This document shows positions 24,270 to 37,589 of a stretch of 53,395 nt of DNA, piece after piece. The translations under genes were made by a program, and so were the position numbers. Position 1 is the stretch's first letter. Each line of letters begins with the position of its first letter. The notes below the pieces were generated by a model. That model made no database searches, was not told the origin of the DNA, and saw only the letters and a list, made by a program, of their open reading frames with translations. Source of the stretch: Octopus bimaculoides (taxonomy: Eukaryota). The stretch covers positions 27,399,215-27,452,609 of the forward strand of contig NC_068987.1 of the NCBI RefSeq assembly GCF_001194135.2, read 5' to 3'.

Positions 24270-25120
24270 TAGAAGAGCTTGTATATTCCCCGTCCACAAC
24301 CAAGGTACGAAAGAAAGAAATCTACAGACTAAAGCGAACATTAGCAACATATATCCCAACAGACTAGTAGACCAAGTTATTAAAGAACAGACAAAATTAA
24401 AAAAAACAATAAGTACTTTATAGAGTACACCCAATTAAAATACAGAGATGAAACAAAATTATAATCAAATGCTTATAAACTATCGAAGAGAAATATTAAA
24501 TATTCCATAAAGCAGAACACAAAACGTATGAAACCCGACTATAAATGTAAAATATCATACTTCCAAAACAACAAAATTCAGTACATCTTCACCACAACCA
24601 TATGAATACACATATGAATACAGCACCAACATATAAGCTGAAGATCCCGTCAAGAATCCAGCTGTTACACGGTGCGTATTAGTACAACATTCTTTCGTAG
24701 TCTCACCGTACATTTACAAAATAATATATCACACACCACATCAAAATTTGATTTTAAAAAGCACGTAGAAGATAATACGTGCATAATCTCGAAAATTTTT
24801 CAAAACAAATAGTTAAACCAAGGACGCCATGCCCATATTGAACACAATAGACATGTAAACAACACTAACATCAGAGTATTATAACACGGAGCTGCTGGCA
24901 TGAAAAACTAACGGTAAAACATTTGATCACAACAAAACAAAGCAACACATATCTCTTGACGTAAAATCCTAAGCGACTAAAAGTCTTTAGCGGAAATGCA
25001 TACATGGTTTCATTCGGCATATAAGAAACAACGCAGAAGCCAGATTTATCCTGTTTCTAAAAACGAAATTCTTGAGGTTTCGAATCGTTGACTATTAACT
25101 TAGAAACTTTACCCTGTCAA
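24270..25120 (+). mobile_element. Second, more decayed Penelope-like element (3' part)
   Basis: KEIYRLK, NIYPNRLVDQVIK (cf. NGYP), NIYKLKIP...AY(I)STT...RSLTVHLQN (cf. GIY-YIG YIG-x-TT...RLT-x-H). Confidence 0.6.
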
Positions 25121-25252
25121 GCGATCTATAAAAATAAAATTAATAACAAAATGCGAAAATTCTAAATTAAACATGAACATAGTCATGTATTTAGTTAACT
25201 ATATCTTTGTGTACAAATGTCTATATATTATATGTATGCATGCATGTATGGG

Positions 25253-25283
<31 letters not shown>

Positions 25284-26429
25284 NNNNNNNNNNNNNNNNN
25301 NNNNNNNNNNNNNNNNNNNNNNNNNNNNNNNNNNNNNNNNNNNNNNNNNNNNNNNNNNNNNNNNNNNNNNNNNNNNNNNNNNNNNNNNNNNNNNNNNNNN
25401 ATACATACACACACACACATCAGGAAAAACTCTATGGAACCGTGTATGGATGATAATATACTGAAACCGATGTGTTGGAGCATGGAATGCCAACACATTA
25501 GCGACGTAAATAGCTTGAATTAAGAGCGAAGTGCCGAGTATCTTATGAAAAAAATTTAAATAATTTAATACTTAGCATTTGGAGTGATTAAGTAGAATCT
25601 AACATTGAGGAAATTAATGGATATTCTTTTATAAAAAAATTCTACCAAAGAAATCCTGCAGTTATTCATGTTATTGAAATAGGTTAACACTGATTCTAAT
25701 TTTAAATAAACATCTCAATATTTATCTGGTACAGTGTCTAAGTCTTGTTTGTCCATGCCACGGGTCTGTATGGGTACTCTATTTCGAAACACGAAGCAGT
25801 TGTGGAATTTCTATTTTAGAAGATCACCCATTTTTTTAAAATTCTGAATTAAGTGTATGTCACATTTGACTGTACAACCTTTTTAGAAAAAGTACAGTTC
25901 ACATTCAGGGCTACATTTTGGCTTTAATCTCTATACATGAAAACTAACGTTTCGTATATAGACATTATATTTACAGATACAAGAAGCCTGAAAGTAGTTG
26001 AAAATATTGAATGTGTGTGGGTTATTTTTACACTCATAAACTCTAGTCATTATAACACAGAGATTTTAAAGAAGTTTCTTAACACATTACAAGGTATAAA
26101 TGTACGGAGGAGGATACTGAATGCACAAAAGAGACATATTTTATATTCATTTCCATTACATTGCATATATATTTAAAATAAATTGACTTATTTGTCATGT
26201 CTGGAATAATATTGTGCTCTTTCATTTCACAGTGGGTTATTGAAATGTAGTAATATAATAACTTTTAAAATAACCATGCATATCTGATGCCGATAATAAA
26301 CATATACTATGCATTGTAAATTTATTCAGAATTACAATAATTGAAATTCAACAAATTGGTTACCGACTGTATTCTTTATTTCACTAGAAACTCCAGGTAT
26401 TCAGTCATGCACATACACATGCGCACGTG

Positions 26430-26502
<73 letters not shown>

Positions 26503-26524
26503 ACACACACACACATCAACTATA

Positions 26525-27434
26525 TATGTTGGTTGGTGAAAAGATCTATAGGCTGCACAAGATATTCCCATGGAACGTGACCAAATCATGTTTATTTTTC
26601 AACATCATTCCCCTTGCGGTCTACAGTTCTTCAATCGGTGTTACGATACTTGGATCGCATTAGTTAAGAAGCTTTCATCGTGTTGATAAGAAAACTACGT
26701 TAACAAAAATGAGACGTCATTGTCTTAGTGATTTTGCTTGCCAGCCAAATGTTTTATGGTGTTGAGTGACAGATGATTGTGAATTAGGGCCAAATAAGAA
26801 GAACAGGGAGGGTGATCAACCAGTTCAAAGCCACAATTACTCACAACAGCCTTTGAAAGCTTATTGTGATTATTGAAGATAGCCAATAATCACAATTCCG
26901 GGAAGCTGGATCCAGCATTTTCCCTGCAAATGAAACGACCTTGATCTTTATTGGAGCAGATATAGAAGAGTGTTCCCATTGCATAGATTGTCTCATTGTC
27001 TCTTTGCCTCTTGTTCAAAGTAATGAACACAAAACACATCCTGCCTTAGGAGACAGTAAAGGAAACCAGCTGTATCTGCTTCAAACAATATCAGAGTTTC
27101 CCGTGATGCGCTTTTGATCAGTTGTCACAGGGCCCATCAAGCAGTAACCTGCGTCATACCAAGTTTATAGCAACGATATCAGCATGAATGTCCTTAGGGG
27201 ATGAAACCATTTTCTGCAGGTATTTGATAACACCGCGATGCCAAATGTTATCCATTTTTAAGAGAAGTTGCGACCAGTTACATTTGAAGTCTTGTTTGAC
27301 CAGCCAGTCAATTTGCCGAGAAAGAAACGATGCAGTTATTAATGAGAAGTGTTGAAATTAATGCGTAAACAATTTCACAGCTCTAGCCTCATTCGTTCCT
27401 AGTCAGCCTATGAATTTTTCGACCCACCCTCTTA
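26525..27434 (-). mobile_element. Internally deleted mariner (Tc1/mariner) element with both TIRs
   Basis: TIRs GGTTGGTGAAAAGATCTATAGGCTG and (reverse complement) GGTGGGTCGAAAAATTCATAGGCTG; N-terminus MDNIWHRGVIKYLQK...PKDIHAD; C-terminus (V)DRKGNDVEK*. Confidence 0.85.
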
Positions 27435-28701
27435 AAAGGCTAAACAGTAAGAACAAAGCTACACAGGCCTCAATAAACTTTAATTTTGTTTAAGCTTTTG
27501 CAGACTCCAGCGATTGAAACGAAATGCAGGTGGAATAGCACAATCTTTTCCCTTTTTTTACCTGTATAGTTGTAATTATGCTCGGTAGCGACTATGACAA
27601 ATTCATGTTTAGATTTGGATTAAAAAAAAAACTTTATAAATATATTGTCCTTTTGCTTTCCTTATTGATAATTTTCTACCTTTATTTTAGAAACAGATAA
27701 TACCTTAAATTTCCTTTTCGCATGATTATTTTGATTTTCACCGTAAAGAATATTCTTAATAAATGTATCTGTAATTTCTTTTCCCTGTACCCTGACTCGT
27801 CTCTTAATTTTGTTTCTATTTTTATCGATATATTTCTTCTTGCGGTGTGAATATTTAATGAAGTACAAAAAGGTTTTGTTGTACGGTTCATATTTGTATT
27901 ACCATTAGCTTCTTTCCAAATTTTGAACCTTTTAAATTTATTGTTTAACCATTTCACATGTTCCACACATGCACACGCATGCACGCACGCACACGCACAC
28001 ACACACACCCACACACACACACACGCACACACGCACACACACATACACACACACAAAGTAACTCGTCACATATCATGAACTGCATCTTTTCATGTCAGGA
28101 AGTTGTTTCGAGTTTTAATAATCTGTAACTCCTTAATAACCGAATGAAAGATGTTAATTCTGAGAGAACAAATGTAATGTTTCTCATATTGTCTTTGCCT
28201 TCATTGTGAAATTTCCTTCATAATTTTGGGATCATGTTTTCTTTTGAATCGATTATGGCATTAAACAGTAAACTTTTCGTATCATTTGTCTTTCGATGAT
28301 TTTTTATAGTTCTTCAACTCGTTTCATTTAGATCACTTTACAACTATTTTATGTAACTATACAACCTGCCACATTAAAAGGGATATTTCTTTTAGTGTGG
28401 GATGGATTGCAATATTTAATGTTTCAGTATCGGTTCGTTGTACAAATCAGTTGTAATAATGTCATGTTGCTAATTTTTTAAATTTCCCGAAATGGAAATT
28501 CCTTTCCTTCAATTTCCATTGTGAATTGCGTCGATTTATGAATGTTATTAATTTAATGAATCATTCTGTTTCTCTTATTTTCATTCCTGATTATGAGTCA
28601 CGAAGCCATATTTTCCAAGTTATTTTAAAACGGAGTTGGAAATGTTAAAAATAATCCAGGATCGAAATTACATTTTTCTTCTAAAATCCTATTACATGTG
28701 A

Positions 28702-29863
28702 TTTTCGCGCCTAGTGGAGACATTTTATTTGAAGGTAATATTTGTTATCAAACAAGGAATAGTTTCTTTTCTTACAAATAGTCATAATCCTTCTACTATG
28801 AATTCATGAGCATTATTTGTGGGCATTTGCAAATGCAGAATTACACAGAATTATAATTGTTACACAAGGGAAACAATTTTGTAGAGGCTGGCCACATTAA
28901 ACTAATCAGATCGTTACTATATTAACATTTTCTGGCATGTGGTTTTATTATCTATATCATCGCTGATAAAACATACAGCTGATTTGCTTAATGGTTTTCA
29001 TATAACGTATTGTAACTTAATCTTTGGATGCTTGATGTACGTCTTGCAACAATCGGACATAATTTTAATTCAAATGGTTTGAGAATATTCACCTTTGTTG
29101 CATGTTCGTCAGTAAACTTTTGAAGTTTCGGTAGTTTATAAAAGTTGCTCGTTTCGCTTCAAAATAAATTAAATGTCTCAACACATTTTCGTTAAGCTGC
29201 TTTTGGATTCGCCAATTAATTTTTAATTTTTTATTCCAATCCTTTCCACTCTGTCTTTCTGTTCTACATTCTTTGTAAAAATGGCTCTCAAATATTAGCA
29301 TGTCTAGTATTATACTACATTTCTTTATTGGTTTATGTCATTGTAGAATCTATACTTATACGCTGTACTGATTTATTTTAAAGCATATTAACACAATTTT
29401 ATTCGGTTTGCCGGAGTATCAGGCTTGTTTGGTTTTATTTTGTTCGTAAACGCTTTCTGATACTTGAAATTTGTTTTGATATAGTTTATTGAATTTCCGC
29501 CCTGTTTCATTATTTTGCATACAAAAGAATACAAATTGTCGTCCTTTGACTATTTCTTTTTCATTTAAATAGTAAACTGTTTTCGCGCCTAGTGGAGACA
29601 CTTTATTTGAAGGTAATATTTGTTATCAAACAAGGAATAGTTTGTTTCCTTACAAATAGTCATAATCCTTCTGCTATGAATCCATGAGCATTATTTGTGA
29701 GCATTCGAAATTTCTGAATTACATAGAATAACAATTGTTACACAAAGGAAAAAAAATTGTAGAGGCTGGCCACATCATACTAATCAGATCGTTACTATAT
29801 TAACTTTTTCTGGCATTGGGTTTTATTATCATTTGACTATTTTTTTCATTTAAATAGTAGACT
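28702..29863. repeat. Local duplication: about 250-bp segment at 28702-28952 and 29580-29830; second copy flanked by 32-34-bp direct repeats (29545-29578, 29832-29863)
   Basis: Both copies begin TTTTCGCGCCTAGTGGAGACA and end TTTTATTATC, clearly collinear with scattered substitutions. Confidence 0.92.
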
Positions 29864-29869
29864 CTTACG

Positions 29870-30620
29870 GTGAGTACTGTTGTTGCGAAGTAGTGTACTT
29901 TTGAAAGGTTTTTTTTTGTACATATTGTTCCAACAGCCACATATTTTCTGATCCTAGTGTTTTATTAGAGTTTCTTTCTGTAATGCAGTTTCCTTTGGGT
30001 TTAATATTTTTTTCAAGCCTTTTTCATTTTGTGTTGACTCACTGATTTTTGGCGTCACATTTTACAAACTTATTTTTGATTTCAGATATTCAAAACCAGA
30101 GGAGTGTGGTTTTCGTTTTAAACTCCTGAAAGGCGTCAATTATTCTCATTTTAGTTTCTTCGCGTGGTTCTGATCTTATATCCTTGCACGGAATTTCTCA
30201 GGTAAAATACCTTGCTCTTATCTTTTGTATTTTCGTGCGTAACTGTTAGATTTTCGTTCTTAAATATCTTCCAGTACGCTTTTATTCAATTTGTAATTTA
30301 ATAATCTGTTCTACATCTTAATCTGGTCCCTAGTTTTTATACGCTGCATGTTCAAAATTAATTTCATTCTAGTGAATAAGTTTATTCTGTACATTGCAGT
30401 GTTCCGTTGTCATTGTTATAAATAACAGCTGTGTACAGAGCTTATGTAGCGTCAATGATGTCACAGTGCTATAATGATTTGCACTTTCTCCCAGCAATAA
30501 CTGGTTTGTCTGTCTTTATATTTATCAAACTGCTGAAGTGAATTGCATTTGTTTATAAGTGTCATCGATTTATTCGAAAATTCCTCGAATGCTTTTTCAC
30601 TTGCGTTCAGTTTACAAGAT
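29870..30620 (-). pseudogene. Possible decayed MULE-like transposase
   Basis: MQSCKLNASEKAFEEF...FDKYKDRQ..CWEK, then *HH*RYI (cf. RGHHTNNY) and LFTRMK; weak. Confidence 0.2.
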
Positions 30621-31206
30621 TGCATAAATTAACAAATAACTTTCATGAACACGCCTGATTCATAAAAGTAACGGAAGAAAATATTCTTCCATTTCAGACA
30701 TTTCGATACATACGGAAAATGAGATTAAAACAGATCTTCGCTGAAAACATACGGACACACACCAATGCTTAGTGTATGAATTTTATCAATTATTCCTTAG
30801 TAAGAGAAATACCTTACTTAATACACCGAGGCGCTCATATGCAGCAGTGATAGATACCAGTAGACAATACCACTGGAATTTTTTTTTTAAATACTCATCT
30901 AGAAATATAAATATATGTAAAACTTAATACATAATGGTATGACAAAAGCAAAAACAAACCCCAATCATAGAATTATGAATAAACTGTCACAATATGTAAG
31001 AAGACATAAGCAAAACATATCATTTATAGTTAATCGTATGTAGAGAAACTACAACATTCTATTATTTTTACATCAATCAACAAATCTATGAATATACATT
31101 CAAAAGATGCAAATTATGAACAGCCGAAGAGAACCGTAAAATCAGAAATGATTTTTAATAAAGGCGAAATTTACATCAGAAGAAAAAAATAGTTATACAT
31201 ATATAT

Positions 31207-31253
<47 letters not shown>

Positions 31254-32578
31254 TACACACACTTGTGATCGCCCTGTATGTAGAGAAATGATAGGTTTGT
31301 GTGTTCGAGTGTATATTCACAAGCACACACATATACATATTGGTAGGTATATCTATATAAATGATTCATTCATCAACGGTCGTAGACGACTCATACTTTA
31401 GTTCCTTGGTAACGTATTTGCGTATGTGTATGTATGTTAATATGTATTCGCGTGTTTCTGTATACTTGCAAATGTGTGTGTGTGTGTGTGTGTAATGCCA
31501 TTATATTGATATTCATGGAATTCTTATTTTGGGGTTTTGAAATAAGTTTATATATCATGGAAAGCGCACATTAATAATTATTTATAACGGAAACCTAATA
31601 GCAATCAGTTTTGAAAACATTTTATATTTTTATTTGGTTCATACTTTAGAAGACAATACACTCCTATTCGTAAAGCAAAATTTGAGGAAGAAATTATATC
31701 AATTTGCACCTAACAAAATGCATTTAGATATCGTATTAAGAAGGAAAATCTGATTTGTTGTATCTTATGTAATACGCTTGGAAAGTAACCTTTTAATTAA
31801 ATAACAACTATCAAATTTTAATGCTTACTAAAGTCTTACCGTTTGTTATTACTTCCATATACGTATTACACGTTACTTTTTTCTTTCTTTTTACCAAAAA
31901 TAATACTGCATTTAAAACAAATATTGAAATCTATTAAGTGCTAAAATGTAGATAAATTAAGGATTGTAAAACAGTCCCTGTACACCGATTTTATATTACT
32001 AGGAATAGTATAAACACAAGACGATATAATGATATACATGTATCATCATTTAGCAATATTTATATAAACAGAAAACGCTATGAGTTACTTAAAAAAGAAA
32101 AAAGAGTTTTGTGCAAAAAGAACATCTCAAATTAATGCATCGTTTGTATCATTACACAGAAACGCTTGGAATATTGCAGAAAAATACTGCTGCAAACTTG
32201 TTGTTGCATAATATACATTTGATACCTTATAATTGAAAAAAGATTCTGAATCTGATATTAAATATGCGTATAATATGTATTTATAGTATTGATGATTTCG
32301 AAGTTTCTACCTACTTTGCCTTTAAGGGATAAGCTGTTTAAATAGGCCGACATTTTGTATTACTGTCAAAACTGCTATTGTTAAACAATAATAAATGTGT
32401 ACTCCACAAAATTGTGCGATTTTGAAATACATTTATAACTTCACCTACAAACGGTTATCAATATAAATTGATATAGAGATTCATAGGTAGATAGATACAT
32501 ATGAATGCATACATATGTACGTACATACGTAGATAGATAGAGAGATAGACAATCAGACAGTCAGATAGATGGAGAAAT

Positions 32579-32756
32579 GTACGAAGTTCGCTGAAAAGTG
32601 TCTGGGTTGTATAAAAGAAAATACAGGTGGATCAGTAAATTATGATTCTATTCAACACATTCTCTTATATTCATGCACTTATTGCAGCGGTACTTTAGTT
32701 TTTCTAAGCTCTGCAAAAGAAATCAGAAGATCGGGGCTCGAACCAGACTTTTTGCG

Positions 32757-32760
<4 letters not shown>
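32579..32760 (+). mobile_element. Mariner left-end fragment
   Basis: TACGAAGTTCGCTGAAAAGT resembles a mariner TIR (TA-CGAGGG...GAAAAGTT); ends at (GA)n. Confidence 0.45.
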
Positions 32761-32836
<76 letters not shown>

Positions 32837-33445
32837 AATAAATAGATAGATAGATAGTGAGAGAAGGCAGAAGAGAAAGAAAGAGCTGAGAAGAGACTAC
32901 ACATATGGCTTATAGTACTCGATGAAGCGAATCTTACCTCTATTTATCATATTTCTAAAGTTTGATTTGCAAAGTAAAGGCTTTTTCAAGAAAGTTTCAA
33001 GCAAGAATTAGAAACTTGAAGTGGATGATACTTAAAAATATAGATTTCAGTGCTCTAAATTAAGTAAATTCTAAATTAAGCTTATTTATTTGTCTTTCAC
33101 TGCTATAGCTGGGAAAATAACCTCGCATAGCATAGCATTTTTCTGAATAAATAAGTTTATTTAAATTATTGGATGGAAATCTTTGCCGAAAATATTTTCA
33201 GATGTTCCAGTGCTATTGGATATTTAATTAGGCACAGTAGCATAAAAAGAAAACAGGTAATATGTATATATGACTGGTAATATGTATATGATGAGTAATA
33301 TGTACATATATATACATATGTTCCTCCTCAAAAAGAAAACGAAAGGAAAGAAGACGTTATTGTAAAGGGAGATCGCAAAAATATAATGTAGCGAACAAGT
33401 AATTCTAAACATTAATAACCACCGCTAATGTTCAAATTAATTCAG

Positions 33446-33639
33446 CATTAACAAATTTACTGGTGAGTGAAATTAATGGCAAAAATCCAATTATACGTAG
33501 TGACGAAGTGTCATTGACTTTATGGGCGATATATTTTTCTGCAGAAATTATCTTTAAGAACATTCATGTTTCAAATCTTCAGGATTTTGTACTTTCTTTT
33601 TATAAGCTGGGATATTTCCCGACGAAAATATTTCATATG
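33446..33639 (+). CDS. Candidate 194-nt coding exon with helical-repeat (FASTK/OPR-like) appearance
   Basis: Acceptor TTCAG| at 33445, donor ATG|GTGAGA at 33640, open frame LTNLLVSEINGKNPIIRSDEVSLTLWAIYFSAEIIFKNIHVSNLQDFVLSFYKLGYFPTKIFHM. An alternative 82-nt intron GTGAGT...TTTTTCTGCAG (33463-33544) is also possible. Confidence 0.3.
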
Positions 33640-34948
33640 GTGAGACAATAAATCGTTTTGCAATTCTATGAAAACACTTAGAGAATAGGTAATAGTTTCT
33701 ATACGAGAAAAGATATAAGATTGTTTTAATGTTAGATTAAACCAATGCTTAAAGATAGGTATCATGCTGTTAATCACGAACACTAGTACCTAAGAGCGCA
33801 AACGTCTATTTCGTCTTTCGAGAAAAAAAAAATTAAAGGAACTTAGTCAATAAAGATATATGTGAGCTTTTTTTCTTTATTTCTCTTTCGTTCTCTTTAT
33901 CTACTCCCGTCTATCATTTTCTGTCCGTTTACCTATCTGTATCTCTTTCTACACTACACCTGTAATAATGCGTGTATGTGAATATTTTTCATCGTCACTG
34001 TACGCAAATACTCATATGGGGCCACATTCACGCAGACTCGCTCTTACACTTGCTCAGACACACAGTTACACATTTCTGATTATATATTTTTTAATAATGT
34101 TAGTACCTTTGTTTTTATTTTGTATCCACGAATATGCTTATTTATTCATGCCCCCGTGTGCTTCTCTATGCACTTAAAAAGACGATTTCAACGTATTTTC
34201 TATGTAAGTGGAATAAACCCATTATGAAAGTGATTTTTCATTTTAGTTTCCAAACATTCTGTCAGTTATACGCTTAAATAAATAGTCGGTTGAATCCAGT
34301 TTGGTTTCGCTTTGATATCTTTTAAAAGAAAAGCATAATGGGTGCACTAGTGTAATACGTTAAAGTTACAAATATTTGTTGGCTTATTACTGTCATTACT
34401 ATTGCTTATTATTGCCTATTGTATGATTTTGAGGTCCCAAGTTCAAAAGGAAACCAGCGTAACTTTTAGAAATATTGAATACCAAGTTCAGACCTTTGAG
34501 TATTGTAGTATCTATGCGTTAAAATGTGATGGATAATTGAAATGAAATGCGTTATATTTCGCTAGTATTTTTATTGAAATAAAACCTGAAATATGAGTAC
34601 ACTAATAATAAAACACGGCCATTGGGGCATCACAGAAGACAACGTCTTTATATAGTTTATCAAGGGAATATCAGTTTAATGGAGAGAGATATTTATAAAG
34701 AGTGATATAAAAGTGTAGAACAGAAAAGTACATAGTAATAGAAAGGAAGAGTGGCCAAAATGAGTGACTGGTAGGTATTTTGCATCTATTGACGATTCAA
34801 TATATATTTTGTTCTACCCTGACAATGATAAAAATTAAAAGAAATTTATTTGAAATAATAGAAGGTGTAAAGAAAATGAATCATATAGAATCAAAGCTTT
34901 TTGGTGCATAATAGAAGTGTTAAAACAGAAATAACAAAATATACTTAC

Positions 34949-35313
34949 AGGTTTAGGAAAATTGATATTTGTCCGAATAACACGGTGGTTAATAGCCATT
35001 ATTGGTCGTGAATTAGTTTGAATACTATGTAATGGCCGATGTTTGTTTTTTGTGTAAATCGTTCGAAGTGTCATAAGCTAAAAGTGAAAGGAAAAAGAAT
35101 ATTGCATTCAAAGTGACAAAATAACAATCAAGATGTAATTATGCGATTCATCAAAATTTTAAAAAATATCGATCTAATCATACACTTATGGTGGTATAGC
35201 TGAAGTTATATTTCTTACCAGCCTCCAGAAACCAAACAAGTGGAACGAGGAAGCAAATTGACTGTGTTCTGCAGCCATTGACATAAATGTTTTCCCCCTT
35301 TGTAATACCTATC
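34949..35313 (-). other. Candidate spliced transcript: exon ending 35219, 141-nt intron 35218-35078, 129-nt exon 35077-34949
   Basis: Donor CTG|GTAAGA, acceptor ATTCTTTTTCCTTTCACTTTTAG|, next donor CCT|GTAAGT. The 129-nt exon is open in phase 0 (LMTLRTIYTKNKHRPLHSIQTNSRPIMAINHRVIRTNINFPKP). Confidence 0.45.
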
Positions 35314-36892
35314 TAAATATTCCATAAATATAAAATAACTGCATACAGTTATCAATTCCCTCGTAATCAATGTAAAGATGGGATGTATGCTTAGCAAAAT
35401 ATAATCCCCTCTCACACAAAATATCAAACTTTCAGTCTCTCGTTTGTCTATATTTTTCCTCTCTATTTTTCTGCCTACATGCTCCTGGGTCTGTCTGCAT
35501 CTGTCGTATGTATGTTTTGAATTGACTGCGGCCAGGAGTAAATACAATTAAATGTACCAGATACGTTAACATTTGAGATAAAATATATCCATTTAAGAGA
35601 ATTTAATTTTATTTACCCATATCTAAGATATAGGTAAAATATAATGAGTATCGTATTTCCGAAATTTTAAATCTGCTAATATATGACTATATCATTCAGT
35701 TCCATGGCTGACAATTATAAATAAAAAGAAAAAAATATATATGTATTAATCATATTCATCACTTCGGGGCGCTCCCCGTTATTAGTAAAGATAATTAACT
35801 TAAATAAGAAGTGGATGCCCTTCATATCAGGAGAATTCTGAAATGCATTCAGTAAGAGTGACATAAATTTTGCGAACAAGCGTCCATAAGATACCCACCT
35901 TCTCCAAACCTGAAGACAATATGTCCATTTAGAATGCTCAACGAGAACATTATTGGTGCCTACTTAAATAACTGTTTGACTAAAGGATTAAACTAAAGTC
36001 TCATGTATTGCACCTTCGTATTTTCTAAGCTTCATTCAGACAAGTGCAAACCTACATCTCTAAATATACGTGGATAACTACTTTCGAAAACATCCTTCAT
36101 AAATATTCTACTTTTAGTATTTCTGTCTCTTTCTACTCTGTGTAAAAGCATATATATGTACGAAGGTTTTTGTTCATAGATATATAACAGTCAGAATCGT
36201 TTCGAATAGAAAAAAGATGTCCCCATAGGAACCATGACTTGCAACAAATCAGTGTTTGTAACGTACTTAACACGTAGCTACTGTGTACAAAAAAAAAAAA
36301 AAATCCATCAATACACTAAACTTAGTTGGTGTTCGACTCCCGGATTTATAAACTGGACATGTCAGAAGAAATTAATAACAAAACATATGAATTACTATGA
36401 CCGCAACGGAACAATATAGTTAGCCGGATTCGATTTATATAGTGCTTACAGAGATCCTTTTTTCTTTTTCTAGCTCTCAATTTCACGTCTCCGATTATCT
36501 AACAAAATATGAACAAGGAATATTTAAATTATTAAAAGAAGATTTAGAAACTAAAGTGTGATATTTAATGAACAGCGTGTGTAAATATAATATGAATAAT
36601 TTAAATCAAAGTTGTTTATTTAAAAAATAAACGAGGTTTTCTTTCTGTATATAACATGAAAATACAATCAAAATAAAGAAGTGTTTGAGTTTAGTCATAT
36701 GTTGGTAATTAAACCATTCAAGGATACAATTCGCGGTCAAATAGTAGCATGTGAAATAAAGATTTGAAAGAGTAAGTTACAAGAAAAATGACTAGACTGC
36801 ATTCGAAATTGAAATTTCGTTTATAAAACTATGTCAGACTATCACAAAAGTAACCTGCAGCCCGAGTTAAAAAGAAACCAAAAATAAATAGA

Positions 36893-37085
36893 TAATAATG
36901 GTTTCAAATTTTGCCACAAGGGCAGCAGTTTGGGGTGCGGGGATGAATCGATTACAGCGACCCCAGTGTTCAACTGATACTTGTTTTATCGACCTCGGTG
37001 GAATTTGAACTCAGAACTAAAGACGGATGAAATTCCACTAAGCACTTTGTCTGGTGTGCTAAGGATTCTGTCAGCTTGCCACCGT
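36893..37085 (-). mobile_element. SINE type B with internal deletion
   Basis: GGTTTCAAATTTTGCCACAAGG...TTTATCGAC|CTCGGTGGAATTTGAACTCAGAAC; the segment between the two TCGAC motifs is deleted. Confidence 0.85.
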
Positions 37086-37361
37086 CAATAATAATGCTGA
37101 TAATGAAAGAACAAAAAAGAAAAAGAAAGAAACGAACAGAATCAACTTTGGACTTTTTAAAACGTTCAACATATTTCTATGAATGATTTGGTTCATTGAA
37201 TTGCGTACAACGCTTCTGATAGATTCCAACATAAACTCAACGTGTCGTTATGTGAATTGGGTGTATGCCAGCCTATACGAAAGTTGTTCTCGTCTTCTTT
37301 TTTTCTTGTTTTTCATTTGTTTCAGTAGTTTTACTGCGGCCATGCCTTTTAGGGAGGACAA

Positions 37362-37434
<73 letters not shown>

Positions 37435-37575
37435 CGATGAGCTTCTTTCAGTTTCTGCCTACTACCGAATCCACTCACAAAGCTTTGGTTGGGCCAAAAG
37501 GCCATGCAATGGGACTGAACCCGGAACCATGCGATTGGGAAGAATTCTTCTTACCACACAACCCGCCAATCGCCT
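37435..37575 (-). mobile_element. SINE type A, 5' half with CORE start deleted
   Basis: Homologous to 1577-1729 but lacking GGCTATAGTAGAAGACACTTGCCCAAGGT. Confidence 0.85.
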
Positions 37576-37589
37576 ATAAAAATAAAATA

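Noticed and set aside
33202-33256. AG/GT-bounded exon upstream of the 33446 candidate
   Set aside because: Its only open frame ends in phase 0, incompatible with the phase-1 start of the 33446 exon.
35219-35313. NIYVNGC resembling a tetraspanin IY-x-x-GC motif
   Set aside because: Splicing in that phase hits a stop within 17 codons of the next exon; motif too short.
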